Source: an uncultured Acidimicrobiia bacterium
GTDB taxonomy: Bacteria > Acidobacteriota > Terriglobia > Versatilivoradales > Versatilivoraceae
Direction: 5' to 3'
Assembly (NCBI GenBank): GCA_963786955.1
Contig: CAWBAT010000004.1
Coordinates: forward strand, 96,001-160,000
Length of the DNA stretch: 64,000 nucleotides
In this document: one piece after another, positions 17,672-26,130 of the stretch
Layout: each line of letters begins with the position of its first letter
Position numbering within the stretch: position 1 is the first letter of the stretch
The notes under the pieces: model-generated
What the model was told of the DNA's origin: nothing
Databases searched by the model: none
What the model saw: only the letters and a program-made list of their open reading frames with translations
Position numbers and translations under genes: made by a program

Positions 17672-17766
17672 CGCTGTGTCTCCTTAACTACGCTAGTCGA
17701 TTAATGCTTGAATCTAAAATCGCCGTAATGGTTCTCAACTTCGCCCGCCCTCATAAGCATGAAAAC

Positions 17767-17843
17767 TGGAGCCCACGACCAGGCTTGAACTGGTGACCTC
17801 GTCCTTACCAAGGACGCGCTCGTACCAACTGAGCTACGTGGGC
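17767..17843 (-). tRNA. tRNA-Thr (GGT)
   Basis: Cloverleaf, anticodon loop TTGGTAA, 3' CCA. Confidence 0.95.
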
Positions 17844-17851
17844 CCGCTTGA

Positions 17852-17926
17852 TGGAGCGGGAGACGGGGATCGAACCCGCGACCAACAGCTTGGAAGGCTG
17901 TGACTCTACCACTGAGTTACTCCCGC
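17852..17926 (-). tRNA. tRNA-Gly (TCC)
   Basis: Cloverleaf, anticodon loop CTTCCAA, 3' CCA. Confidence 0.96.
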
Positions 17927-18036
17927 CCAAGTCAAAAAAAATATTCCAAACCAGGCAATTCTCTCAAACCTCTTGAGCAGCAAAGCAAAAAAACGATTGC
18001 ACTGGATTTGATATTCGTGAAGAGCTCCTGCTCTGA

Positions 18037-18125
18037 TGGTGGAGAGAGGAGGATTCGAACCTCCGTAGCTCGCAAGGAGCGGCAGATTTACAGTCTGCTG
18101 CCATTAACCACTCGGCCATCTCTCC
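18037..18125 (-). tRNA. tRNA-Tyr (GTA)
   Basis: Long variable arm, anticodon loop CTGTAAA, 3' CCA. Confidence 0.96.
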
Positions 18126-18159
18126 AAGTCCTGCGTCGAATGGCCTCGAATCGAGTGCC

Positions 18160-18235
18160 TGGAGCTGGCGAAGGGACTTGAACCCCCGACCCGCTGATTA
18201 CAAATCAGCTGCTCTACCAACTGAGCTACGCCAGC
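18160..18235 (-). tRNA. tRNA-Thr (TGT)
   Basis: Cloverleaf, anticodon loop TTTGTAA, 3' CCA. Confidence 0.96.
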
Positions 18236-18252
18236 CCGTTGACAAAATGCAG

Positions 18253-18281
18253 AATTTAACAGAAAGAGAAAAATTACGCAA
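18253..18281 (-). promoter_or_regulatory. Candidate sigma70 promoter of the tRNA-tuf operon
   Basis: TTGCGT-17 bp-TAAATT (with TGn extension) about 17 bp upstream of tRNA-Thr. Confidence 0.6.
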
Positions 18282-18394
18282 GTGGTAATTTCCTCTTAAA
18301 CCTAAGAAGAAATTCCAGCCTGTGGCCTAATCAGGAAAAAGCTGGAACAATCCTCCTCCAGAACCGGGTGAAGGAAGAATTATCGGTCCGGGGG

Positions 18395-19174
18395 CTAGTT
18401 TTTGCTTGGGGGATTCCTCCTTCCGGATCTCTGCCGCAGCACTTCATAGAGAACCACCCCGGCGGCGACGGAAACATTCAAAGAATGAATCTTCCCAGGG
18501 GTGGGAATCGAGACCAAAAAATCACAGGTTTCGCGGACAAGGCGACGGATCCCTTTCCCTTCATTCCCGAAAACCAGGGCTAACGGCATCTGATAGTCAA
18601 GTTCATCATATTGCTTCTTCTGCTCTGATTCGACCCCGACAATCCAGATCCCTTTCTCCTTTATTTCCTTCATCGCGTTGACCAGGTTACTCACCCGAGC
18701 AACTTGAACATGATCGAGGGCTCCCGCAGCAGTTTTGGCTACCGTTGAAGTTAGCCCTGTAGAGTGATCCTTAGGAAGGATGACCCCCTCGACACCGCTT
18801 GCGGCGCAAGTCCTGATAATCGCGCCCAAATTCCTGGGGTCTTCAATGGAATCCAATACGACCAAAGTCGGGCAGGCTGACAGACTTTCGAAAATATCTT
18901 CAATATCCTTATACTTTTGAGCGGAACAGACGGCCAAGACCCCCTGGTGGGAAGCTCCATTCGTCTGTCGCTCGAAATAGGCCCCCGGCTCGAATCTGAC
19001 AGGAATCCCCTTTTGGCGGCACAGATGGACTATTTCGGAGACGATTCGACTGGAAGCTGTTTTCTGGATATAGATTTTCTCAACACTACGGGCTCCGGAT
19101 TTCAGACACTCCAATACGGGATGAATCCCATAAATTTCGTCCCCTTCCTCCGAAGATCGCGGACCACCCGCCAC
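18395..19174 (-). CDS. rlmB: 23S rRNA (Gm2251)-methyltransferase, TrmH/SPOUT family
   Basis: IYGIHPV, DPRNLGAIIR, GNEGKG, SLNVSVA motifs. Confidence 0.93.
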   Translation of the reverse strand: MAGGPRSSEEGDEIYGIHPVLECLKSGARSVEKIYIQKTASSRIVSEIVHLCRQKGIPVRFEPGAYFERQTNGASHQGVLAVCSAQKYKDIEDIFESLSACPTLVVLDSIEDPRNLGAIIRTCAASGVEGVILPKDHSTGLTSTVAKTAAGALDHVQVARVSNLVNAMKEIKEKGIWIVGVESEQKKQYDELDYQMPLALVFGNEGKGIRRLVRETCDFLVSIPTPGKIHSLNVSVAAGVVLYEVLRQRSGRRNPPSKN

Positions 19175-19185
19175 GGATGCCTCCT

Positions 19186-20685
19186 TTATGACAGTAAGTC
19201 AATTTCTGCCAGGAAACTCGAAACCCTTTCCTGGCAATTTTGGATCGGTTTGGGAAGTGACAGGCGATTCCCTTCCTCTATTATAGGAACCAATTTATCG
19301 AGTTCCGGACCTGACTCCGTTCCGGTTAGTACAACTCGGATCGGGTGGAAGAGGTGTTTCCCTTTCCTGCCGCTCTTGCTCTTTACTCCGGCCACAATCT
19401 CTTTCCAATTTTCCACAACTCGTCCGGCTCTTGAAGCCAGTTCGTCATGGAGCGCCTGAATGACTTCCCGCGCTCCTTCAGTTCCAATAACTTCTTTAAC
19501 TGATTGTACTTCCAGCGATTTTTTCGGGTCGAATTCAAAAATCAGGGAGACTTTGGCTGGAAATTCGCTCAAATGATCGACGCCTCCCAAAAACGCATCC
19601 GTCAGCTTCGGAATCCATTCCCGAAGTCTTCCGTCCAGCTCTCCAAGTAGTCCACTTTGTTGGAGATAGGGGATCACGAGCTCAACGATTCGGGCCGGAC
19701 TGGAGGCTGCGAGATAGTGTCGATTAATCCAATAGAGTTTGGTCAAATCAAACACAGCCGGGCTTTTTGAAACGTGCCTTAAGTCAAAGGATTGAATTAA
19801 CTGCTCTATGGGCAAAATTTCATTCTGCCCCTCCGCAGGGGCCCAACCCAGCAGAGCCAAATAATTCACCAAGGCTTCAGGGAGGATCCCCATGTCCATA
19901 AGGTTTTTAATCGATGTGGCTCCATGCCGCTTGCTCAAACGGGTATGATCGCTTCCTAGTATTGTGGAGAGGTGAGCAAATTCGGGGACTCGCCAGCCAA
20001 AGGCCTCATAAATCAAGACTTGTTTCGGCGTATTCGAGAGATGATCATCGCCACGGATCACATGGGTGATCTCCATCAAAGCATCATCAACCACAACCGC
20101 ATAGTTGTATGTGGGTAGTCCGCTGGAACGAATCAAGATCAGATCGCTGATCACATCGCTCGAAAACTCCATCGGTCCATGGACGACGGATTGAAACCGG
20201 ATCGGACCGGAACGGGTCTTCAATCGAACGACGGCAGGCTGATTGGTTTGTAGTCGGCGAGAAACTTCATCGGCCGAAAGTTTGAGGCATGTTCCCGGAT
20301 ACTTCCAGGTAATCCCGGCTTGTTTGGCTTGCTCGGCCTGAAGTCCCAATTCTTCTTCCGAGCAAAAACAGTAATAGGCTTTGGCTTCAGCCACTAACTG
20401 AATGGCTTTTTCCTGGTAAAGACGTAACCGATCGCTTTGTCGATAAGGCCCTAGACTCCCTCCCCTATCGGGCCCTTCTTGCCACTCCATGCCAAGCCAG
20501 CGCAAATCCTCATAGATGAGCTCCTCAAAGCGCTGCTCGGAGCGGGATAAATCGGTGTCTTCAATGCGCAGAATAAAATCCCCACTGGTTTTGCGGACAA
20601 AGAGCCAATTAAAAATTGCGGTGCGGGCGTTGCCCACATGTAGATGTCCTGTGGGGCTGGGAGCAAAACGGACGCGCACGTGCAT
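19186..20685 (-). CDS. gltX: Glutamate--tRNA ligase
   Basis: RFAPSPTG.LHVGN (HIGH) and LSKRH (KMSKS) motifs. Confidence 0.97.
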   Translation of the reverse strand: MHVRVRFAPSPTGHLHVGNARTAIFNWLFVRKTSGDFILRIEDTDLSRSEQRFEELIYEDLRWLGMEWQEGPDRGGSLGPYRQSDRLRLYQEKAIQLVAEAKAYYCFCSEEELGLQAEQAKQAGITWKYPGTCLKLSADEVSRRLQTNQPAVVRLKTRSGPIRFQSVVHGPMEFSSDVISDLILIRSSGLPTYNYAVVVDDALMEITHVIRGDDHLSNTPKQVLIYEAFGWRVPEFAHLSTILGSDHTRLSKRHGATSIKNLMDMGILPEALVNYLALLGWAPAEGQNEILPIEQLIQSFDLRHVSKSPAVFDLTKLYWINRHYLAASSPARIVELVIPYLQQSGLLGELDGRLREWIPKLTDAFLGGVDHLSEFPAKVSLIFEFDPKKSLEVQSVKEVIGTEGAREVIQALHDELASRAGRVVENWKEIVAGVKSKSGRKGKHLFHPIRVVLTGTESGPELDKLVPIIEEGNRLSLPKPIQNCQERVSSFLAEIDLLS

Positions 20686-20789
20686 GATTTCCTTTCTCTT
20701 TCAACCAAACGAATGATGTTGCCCCCTCCATGTTACTACAAGCGTCCAGATGATCCAACGTCTCGTGCGATTCCCGGTAGCTCCTAACT

Positions 20790-21000
20790 AGTCCCCCCTT
20801 TCTTGAATAAGCCCCTCCACTCGTCCCCCTTTTTTTCAAGGTGGGACTTCAGGGGGGTGGGTCGGTCACCACATCGAATCGTCTTTTGATTCGCCGTGGG
20901 CTTTTGGTATGCGTTAATTGAATCCCATAAGGCCAACTATCGACGACCTATGTTGAAGAATCTTTCCAATCCCTCTTTGAAGGGGAGCGGGGTATGTCTC
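20790..21000. repeat. Cluster of degenerate CCCCCTT..AAGGGG palindromic repeats
   Basis: CCCCTCCACTCGTCCCCCTTTTTTTCAAGGTGGGACTTCAGGGGGG and ATCCCTCTTTGAAGGGGAGCGGGG. Confidence 0.45.
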
Positions 21001-21009
21001 TATCAAATC

Positions 21010-21087
21010 TTGCTCAGTGCGGATATTATAGTGCCGTGTCCGGAAGATTTCCCTCATCTGGTCAAGGAGCTTGGGTTTTTGATCTAT
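21010..21087 (-). pseudogene. intI: N-terminal stump of an integron integrase
   Basis: Minus strand reads (ATA)DQKPKLLDQMREIFRTRHYNIRTEQ, matching the IntI N-terminal pattern KPKLLDQVR..IR.RHYS.RTE; divergent from the cassette array; similarity stops abruptly. Confidence 0.85.
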
Positions 21088-21237
21088 GGTTGCGCAAATA
21101 GACAGAATTTTGAGGATGGGAATAGGAAGAATTTTTTCTATCTATTACAATGTGCTGAAAATAGCAATATCTTTTTGATATTTTTTGACTTAAGAAAGGG
21201 TTTGACTCATACTTCAGAGGGCAAATAAACAGAAAAC

Positions 21238-21284
21238 TTGCCAATATTGCAGAGTGCGATATTCTGCTTAATCATTAGTTAGAC
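21238..21284 (+). promoter_or_regulatory. Candidate attI site (crossover G/TTAGAC at 21278) with overlapping Pc-like promoter
   Basis: GTTAGACGG at 21278 has no upstream attC arm and is complementary to CCGTCTAAC at the end of cassette 1; TTGCCA-16-TATTCT at 21238-21265; second candidate TTGACT-17-CATACT at 21185-21213. Confidence 0.7.
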
Positions 21285-21295
21285 GGAGAGATGAT

Positions 21296-21844
21296 ATGGT
21301 GAGATGGACCGAGAATCGACCAGTTATTCTCACGTTTCTCGGTGCGTTGGGAGTCGGTGCATTTGGAGTTGCTTCTATCCATTCAGGTGTCCCATCACGT
21401 TTTTCGCCGTTGAGCGCATCGGTTACGATCGTCGCTATGCTTCTCACGGACTGGCTGACGACGCATATCACCTCAGGTCCGATGCACCATGTCATCTTGT
21501 AGTTCGTCGCAGTTATTCCTGTGACTTTGGCCTTTGTTGCGTGGTCGTATTTGCTGTTCAAGGGTCAGGAAGCCACACCTCGTCGCTCGTTGGTGCTCTT
21601 CATCATTCTTGCAGTTCTCTCGGCAATTGACCTCAGCTCAGGCTGGCACTACGGTTTGAAGTACCACGGCTTAGTACACACGATCATAGTGGTTGGATAT
21701 AACCTGCTGGCAATCGGATGCCTTATCTTGGTCTACCGCGCCAATCGGAGAGCGCCGCGATTCTCGTTGAACCTAGCCTTTCACGCCGGCCTTTTTTCGT
21801 GGCTCGCTTGGTGTGCTTTCCCCTGGCTCGGAGAATTACCTTGA
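21296..21844 (+). pseudogene. Cassette 1: multi-TM membrane protein interrupted by in-frame TAG at 21500-21502
   Basis: ORFs 21296-21502 and 21521-21844 share a frame and are hydrophobic throughout. Confidence 0.65.
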
Positions 21845-21848
21845 TTCC

Positions 21849-21916
21849 GTCTAACGCTGCATCCAGCCGACCCGCCGCCAAAAGCAGCGGCGGGCGGCTG
21901 ATGCCGAGCGTTAGGC
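21849..21916 (+). other. attC site 1 (68 bp)
   Basis: GTCTAAC...GTTAGGC with internal palindrome. Confidence 0.92.
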
Positions 21917-21945
21917 GGCTTAACAACCGGCGGCGGAGGTAGCAG

Positions 21946-22341
21946 ATGGGACCTGATGAACGAGAAATCCGCGAGGTTCATTCGACCTGGATCAATGCCG
22001 TCAATGCCGGCGATCTGGTCCGCTTGCTCACGTTGATGGCGGACGATGTCGTGTTCCTCAGTCCGGGCCAAGCGCCGTTCGGCCGGGATGGATTCTCCGC
22101 CAACTTCTCGGCCGCGCACCAACAGGTTCGGATCCGTTGCAGCAGCGAGTTGGAAGAGGTCGTAGTCATCGGCGAAGTCGCGTACACGCGGAGCCGGGAC
22201 GCGTTGTCGGTGACCCCGCGCGCAGGCGGGGAAGCGACGCAGCTCGCCGGTCATCGGATCACGGTATACCGCAAACAGCTCGACGGCCGCTGGCTCTTGG
22301 CCCGCGATGCCCATACTCTGTCCCCGGTTGAGAGAACCTGA
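21946..22341 (+). CDS. Cassette 2: SgcJ/EcaC-like (DUF4440, NTF2-like fold) protein
   Basis: DEREIR..W..AVNAGD..LMADDVVFL..G; YRKQ.DGRWLLARDA. Confidence 0.85.
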   Translation: MGPDEREIREVHSTWINAVNAGDLVRLLTLMADDVVFLSPGQAPFGRDGFSANFSAAHQQVRIRCSSELEEVVVIGEVAYTRSRDALSVTPRAGGEATQLAGHRITVYRKQLDGRWLLARDAHTLSPVERT

Positions 22342-22383
22342 TGGCTCCATGTTCTACATGATACGGTGGAATGTTCCCATGCC

Positions 22384-22505
22384 GCCTAACGAAAGGGTGC
22401 AGCCTACCACGGCCAGCGGCTTCTTTCATAGGCATTGCCAAATTCAACAGCATTCTTTGTTTTAACTTTATTCTGGCCGTGGCGGCTAACCCCAAGCGGT
22501 TAGCC
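22384..22505 (+). other. attC site 2 (122 bp, long AT-rich loop)
   Basis: GCCGCCTAAC complementary to cassette start GTTAGGCGGC; ends GTTAGCC. Confidence 0.88.
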
Positions 22506-22597
22506 AGTCCTGGCTTGAAACGTCCGTTTATGATTCCGATCGACACCGCCATTCTCTGACGGGTATATAATGTCACTAGAGTTGGTTTATCGAAACA

Positions 22598-22807
22598 ATG
22601 GAGGGAGCACCAGTAATGACTTCTTTACATGAGCAGTTCGTGATTGACGCCAAGGGCAAGAAGACTGGAGTCATTTTGTCGCTCAGACGGTATCAGAAAT
22701 TGATGGAAGACTTGCATGACTTGGCAAGAGTTGCCGAGCGTCGATTCGAAGACCCGATTCCTTTGGAGGAGATGAAGCGACGGTTGACAAGAGATGGCAA
22801 CTCATAG
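22598..22807 (+). CDS. Cassette 3: putative antitoxin of a RelE/ParE-type TA pair
   Basis: Small ORF (QFVIDAKGKKTGVIL..YQKLMEDLHDL..AERR.E..I.LEEMKRRL) overlapping the toxin; TATAAT at 22566 suggests its own promoter. Confidence 0.75.
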   Translation: MEGAPVMTSLHEQFVIDAKGKKTGVILSLRRYQKLMEDLHDLARVAERRFEDPIPLEEMKRRLTRDGNS

Positions 22808-23059
22808 AGCCCTTCTGAAGCCATCTGTCGAGAAAGACCTGCGTCCATTGTCGAAATCGATGGTGGCGCGAATAATGAAGCGCATCGAAGCACTGGGTGA
22901 TGACCCGTTTCCAGACCAGTCAATCAAGTTGGCGGGGACGGAACAGTTATACCGGCTACGTATCGGAGATTATCGCGTTGTCTACGTGTTGACAAAGCAG
23001 CCATGCAGGTAATCGTTCACTACGTTCGGCATCGCCGAGAGGTCTATCGTAGAGTTTGA
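22794..23059 (+). pseudogene. Cassette 3: RelE/ParE-family toxin with 1-bp frameshift near 22986
   Basis: YRLRIGDYRVVY, then the canonical tail VDKAAMQVIVHYVRHRREVYRRV* continues in another frame. Confidence 0.8.
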
Positions 23060-23077
23060 AACCATGCCGCCCGACTT

Positions 23078-23146
23078 GGCTAACAAATCGCTGGAGCGGA
23101 TGCCCGCCAAAAGCGGCGGGCACCGCTCAGCTCTCGCTCGTTAGCC
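23078..23146 (+). other. attC site 3 (69 bp)
   Basis: GGCTAAC...GTTAGCC; CCCGCCAAAAGCGGCGGG core. Confidence 0.92.
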
Positions 23147-23166
23147 AGCCGACTTTTGATTCCGTC

Positions 23167-23721
23167 ATGAAGACACAACGCAAGATCATCGTCTACATCG
23201 CGACCAGCGCTGACGGGTACATTGCCAGGCCGGACGGGGACGTCGAATGGCTCAATCGGCGACCTCGCAACGTCGATTACGGCATGAAGGAGTTCTATCG
23301 GACCATCGACACAATCCTTTGGGGTCGCAAGACCTACGACTGGCTTCTGAATTACTACAAGGAGCGCGGCAAGACCAAAGGCCTCTTCGACACGAAACTT
23401 GCGAACTATGTGTTTTCGCGGAAGCCACCCAAACGCCCCGCTCCAGGCGTGCAATTCGTATCGGAGCCCGTGGAGGCGTTCGCGCAGCGTCTGCGGGCAA
23501 CTCCGGGCAAACAAATCTGGATGATGGGCGGCGCCGGCCTGATCGCCTCTTTCCTGGACGCTGGCGAGATCGACGAGTTCGACATCCATGTGATGCCGCT
23601 CTTCATCGGCGAAGGTATTCCGCTCGTGGCGCCGCGTCATCGGGATGTGCCGCTTCGCTTGCGCTCGTCCAAGAAGTACACGGACGGTGTCGTTCGACTG
23701 CGGTATGAAGTTGGGCGGTAA
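23167..23721 (+). CDS. Cassette 4: dihydrofolate reductase-like (RibD C-terminal) protein
   Basis: RKIIVYIATSADGYIA, GRKTYD, IWMMGGA.L, DEF.I..MP..IGEGIPL. Confidence 0.9.
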   Translation: MKTQRKIIVYIATSADGYIARPDGDVEWLNRRPRNVDYGMKEFYRTIDTILWGRKTYDWLLNYYKERGKTKGLFDTKLANYVFSRKPPKRPAPGVQFVSEPVEAFAQRLRATPGKQIWMMGGAGLIASFLDAGEIDEFDIHVMPLFIGEGIPLVAPRHRDVPLRLRSSKKYTDGVVRLRYEVGR

Positions 23722-23769
23722 CAGCATCGGCGTGAACGCCGCCAGAGTCGTCGAAAACCGCGACTGGCT

Positions 23770-23832
23770 GGCTAACCCGCGTTTACATCCGACCGCCAAA
23801 AAGCGCGGCGGGTGAAGCGCAATTCGTTAGCC
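23770..23832 (+). other. attC site 4 (63 bp)
   Basis: GGCTGGCTAAC complementary to GTTAGCCAGCC; ends GTTAGCC. Confidence 0.92.
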
Positions 23833-23856
23833 GCCTAAGAAAGGTCAGGTGCTCGG

Positions 23857-24450
23857 GTGGACGTGGTTGACTGGCGACCGGAACTCATGAACGCAACGAT
23901 CAACGTCTTGTCGCGTGCGTTTGCCAAGAATCCAATTCATCTTGCGGCCTTTGGAGCCGACTCCGTCGTTGAACGAAACCGGGTGTTCTTTCGGGTTGGA
24001 CTCGCGCTGTTTCGCGGCCGTCGGCTGGTTGCGATGGAAGGGCCGAAGGTGGTTGGCTTCATGCACTGGGTCGAATCCCCGGGATGCCAGTTCTCTCTAG
24101 GGCAGAAAGTCCGTTTTGTTCCATCAATGCTTCGTGGCTTCGGGCTCCGGTCTACGCTTCGCGTCAGTTCGTGGCTCGCGGCGTGGGCTCAGAACGATGC
24201 CGCCGGTCTTCATTGGCACTTTGGACCAATCGGCGTTGATCCAGAGGTCCAGGGCAAGGGAGTTGGTCGACTTCTAATGACCATCTATTGCTCGGCGCTC
24301 GACGGACAGTTGGCATCTGGATTTCTCGAGACAGACAAGGCTGAGAACGTGGCTTTCTACAGGAGATTCGGCTTTGAAGTCGTCAAAGAGGTTCAGGTCA
24401 TCGGGACGACGACGTTCTTCATGGCCCGAAGTAGCACATGGCGCAGCTGA
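23857..24450 (+). CDS. Cassette 5: GNAT N-acetyltransferase
   Basis: IGVDPEVQGKGVG acetyl-CoA motif, LET...N..FY.RFGF. Confidence 0.88.
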   Translation: MDVVDWRPELMNATINVLSRAFAKNPIHLAAFGADSVVERNRVFFRVGLALFRGRRLVAMEGPKVVGFMHWVESPGCQFSLGQKVRFVPSMLRGFGLRSTLRVSSWLAAWAQNDAAGLHWHFGPIGVDPEVQGKGVGRLLMTIYCSALDGQLASGFLETDKAENVAFYRRFGFEVVKEVQVIGTTTFFMARSSTWRS

Positions 24451-24467
24451 ACGCCGGTACGTTGGGT
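24441..24467 (+). other. attC remnant (right half only)
   Basis: GCAGCTGAACGCCGGTAC-GTTGGGT; no R'' found upstream; GTTGGGTC matches the next attC's GACCCAAC. Confidence 0.65.
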
Positions 24468-24487
24468 CAAAGAAAGGAGAAGAAAAA

Positions 24488-24910
24488 ATGTTTCGCAAGG
24501 TCGCATGTCTACTCGCTCTGAGCCTCATCCTTGCTGCCGTCACTGGCGTGGCAGACGACTCGGATAAGGAGAAAGCCGCGGTGGCCGCAGCGGAGAAATG
24601 GCTCGGCCTCGTTGACGAAGGCAAATACGGCGAGAGCTGGAAGGAGGCAGCAGGCTTTTTCCGAAATGCCGTCAAACAGGAGCAGTGGGAACAGTCGTTG
24701 CAGGCCGTGAGGAAGCCTCTTGGCAAGCCGATTTCCAGACAGGTGAAGACCAAGACCTACAAGACATCATTGCCTGGTGCTCCCGATGGCGAATACGTCG
24801 TGATCCAGTTCGGGACCTCGTTTGAAAACAAGAAATCGGCGATCGAAACGGTCACTCCCATGATGGGCAAGGACGGAACGTGGAGAGTTTCCGGTTACTA
24901 CATCAAATGA
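24488..24910 (+). CDS. Cassette 6: secreted DUF4019-like protein
   Basis: Signal peptide; WL.LVD.G.Y.ESW, LPGAPDGEYVVIQF.TSF.NK, WRVSGYYIK. Confidence 0.85.
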   Translation: MFRKVACLLALSLILAAVTGVADDSDKEKAAVAAAEKWLGLVDEGKYGESWKEAAGFFRNAVKQEQWEQSLQAVRKPLGKPISRQVKTKTYKTSLPGAPDGEYVVIQFGTSFENKKSAIETVTPMMGKDGTWRVSGYYIK

Positions 24911-24912
24911 GG

Positions 24913-24971
24913 ACCCAACACGCAGGTCGAGGCGACGCGGAAGACCACGCGCCTCACCTGCCAGGTTAGGT
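24913..24971 (+). other. attC site (59 bp)
   Basis: ACCCAAC...GTTAGGT. Confidence 0.9.
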
Positions 24972-24998
24972 TCCACAATTCCACCTCAATTTGACACC

Positions 24999-25382
24999 AT
25001 GCCTACTCTTCAAATCACCGAGCCCGCGCTTCTCATACGGATTGCAAAGCTGTACAAACCCGGCATGAACGCCACTCAGCTTTGGGAGGCAACTCGTGGT
25101 GTCTGGAAGACTGGAATCGATCGGGAGAAGGCTGAATACGTATTGTCGGTCGCTAATGGCGTAGTACAGGAGGTCTACAAGATTGGCGCCTGGCAACCGG
25201 CGGGCACTGCAAGTTACACTACACGCGCAAGAAGCGAAGTGCAAATTGCAGGACGATGGGAGTTCACTGGAAGCGTCGCACATAGGACAGTACGAGACAA
25301 GTACATCGGGAAATCGATTGCGCACTACTTCAAACGTGGAAACGCAAATCCAGTCAACTACGTAAACATCAGGAACAAATGA
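24999..25382 (+). CDS. Cassette 7: hypothetical protein resembling the C-terminal domain of LEM-3-like GIY-YIG proteins
   Basis: LYKPGM...LWEATRGVW, V.NGVV.EVY.I..W, RWEF.G, YIGKS, G..NPV.Y; family similarity recalled, not searched. Confidence 0.6.
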   Translation: MPTLQITEPALLIRIAKLYKPGMNATQLWEATRGVWKTGIDREKAEYVLSVANGVVQEVYKIGAWQPAGTASYTTRARSEVQIAGRWEFTGSVAHRTVRDKYIGKSIAHYFKRGNANPVNYVNIRNK

Positions 25383-25451
25383 ACTGTGGCCCTGTGTGTT
25401 TCGCATAGTCAGCAAAGGCCAGAAAGTAATTTCTCAAGTCCTTGAGTTGGA

Positions 25452-25529
25452 ACCTAACCCGCCAATCAACCAAACCCGCAATAGCCGGCTTCGCCGGCCG
25501 TCGCGGGCCGGTAATTGGCAACGTTAGGC
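25452..25529 (+). other. attC site (78 bp)
   Basis: TGGAACCTAAC complementary to GTTAGGTTCCA; ends GTTAGGC. Confidence 0.92.
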
Positions 25530-25550
25530 GTCTAAAGGAAGGAGAGAGTC

Positions 25551-25967
25551 TTGATTGAAGCCCTCATTGGTGTGGCGGTAGGTGTTCTCACGATAGTCTT
25601 GGCACGGATCATCCGTGGGCAGCGTTGGTTGTATTCATTAGGCCTGCTCACTCTGCCTAGCTTGTACGCATCCTTTGCTCTATATGCCGGTGAGCAGGCT
25701 GTGGGCGTTAAGGAAATGATCTACGGTGTTCCGTTTGTCGTAGTTGGGCTGGTTTTCGCATCTGTGAGCGTCCGTCAGTCAGCCGTAGTGGTCGGTGCCT
25801 TCTGGATACTTCACGGGCTGTACGACTTGACGCATAGTCAGTTCATCACAAACGCTAGTGTTCCTGGTTGGTATCCCGTTTTTTGTTTCTCGGTTGATGT
25901 TGTTATCGGTGCATATCTACTATGGCTGTCGCGTCGTATCTCCAATGCAAATCTTCGCCAGGCGTAA
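25551..25967 (+). CDS. Cassette 8: small multi-TM membrane protein (DUF6010-like)
   Basis: W.LHG.YDL.H and VP.WYP.FC...D motifs; GGAG RBS. Confidence 0.75.
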   Translation: MIEALIGVAVGVLTIVLARIIRGQRWLYSLGLLTLPSLYASFALYAGEQAVGVKEMIYGVPFVVVGLVFASVSVRQSAVVVGAFWILHGLYDLTHSQFITNASVPGWYPVFCFSVDVVIGAYLLWLSRRISNANLRQA

Positions 25968-26025
25968 GTCGTGGCTTTGCCATTCTCGGAAGTGAGTTGG
26001 AGCAGTTCAGGTTCTTGAGGACGAC

Positions 26026-26098
26026 GCATAACCCTTCCATCAACCGGACAGTCACAAAGTTATGCTATTTTTACCGCCGGTTATGTCACACGTTAGAC
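26026..26098 (+). other. attC site (73 bp)
   Basis: GACGCATAAC...GTTAGAC. Confidence 0.88.
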
Positions 26099-26130
26099 CG
26101 CTGACGACGCTCACTGGAGCATTCTCTACC

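Noticed and set aside
20896-21244. ORF-track ORFs in the intI-attI interval (20896-21228 +, 21062-21244 -)
   Set aside because: AT-rich regulatory DNA; the meaningful frame is the intI stump, which the track misses.
23167-23721. dfr trimethoprim-resistance cassette
   Set aside because: Motifs fit the RibD C-terminal/DHFR-like family rather than DfrA or DfrB; resistance cannot be claimed.
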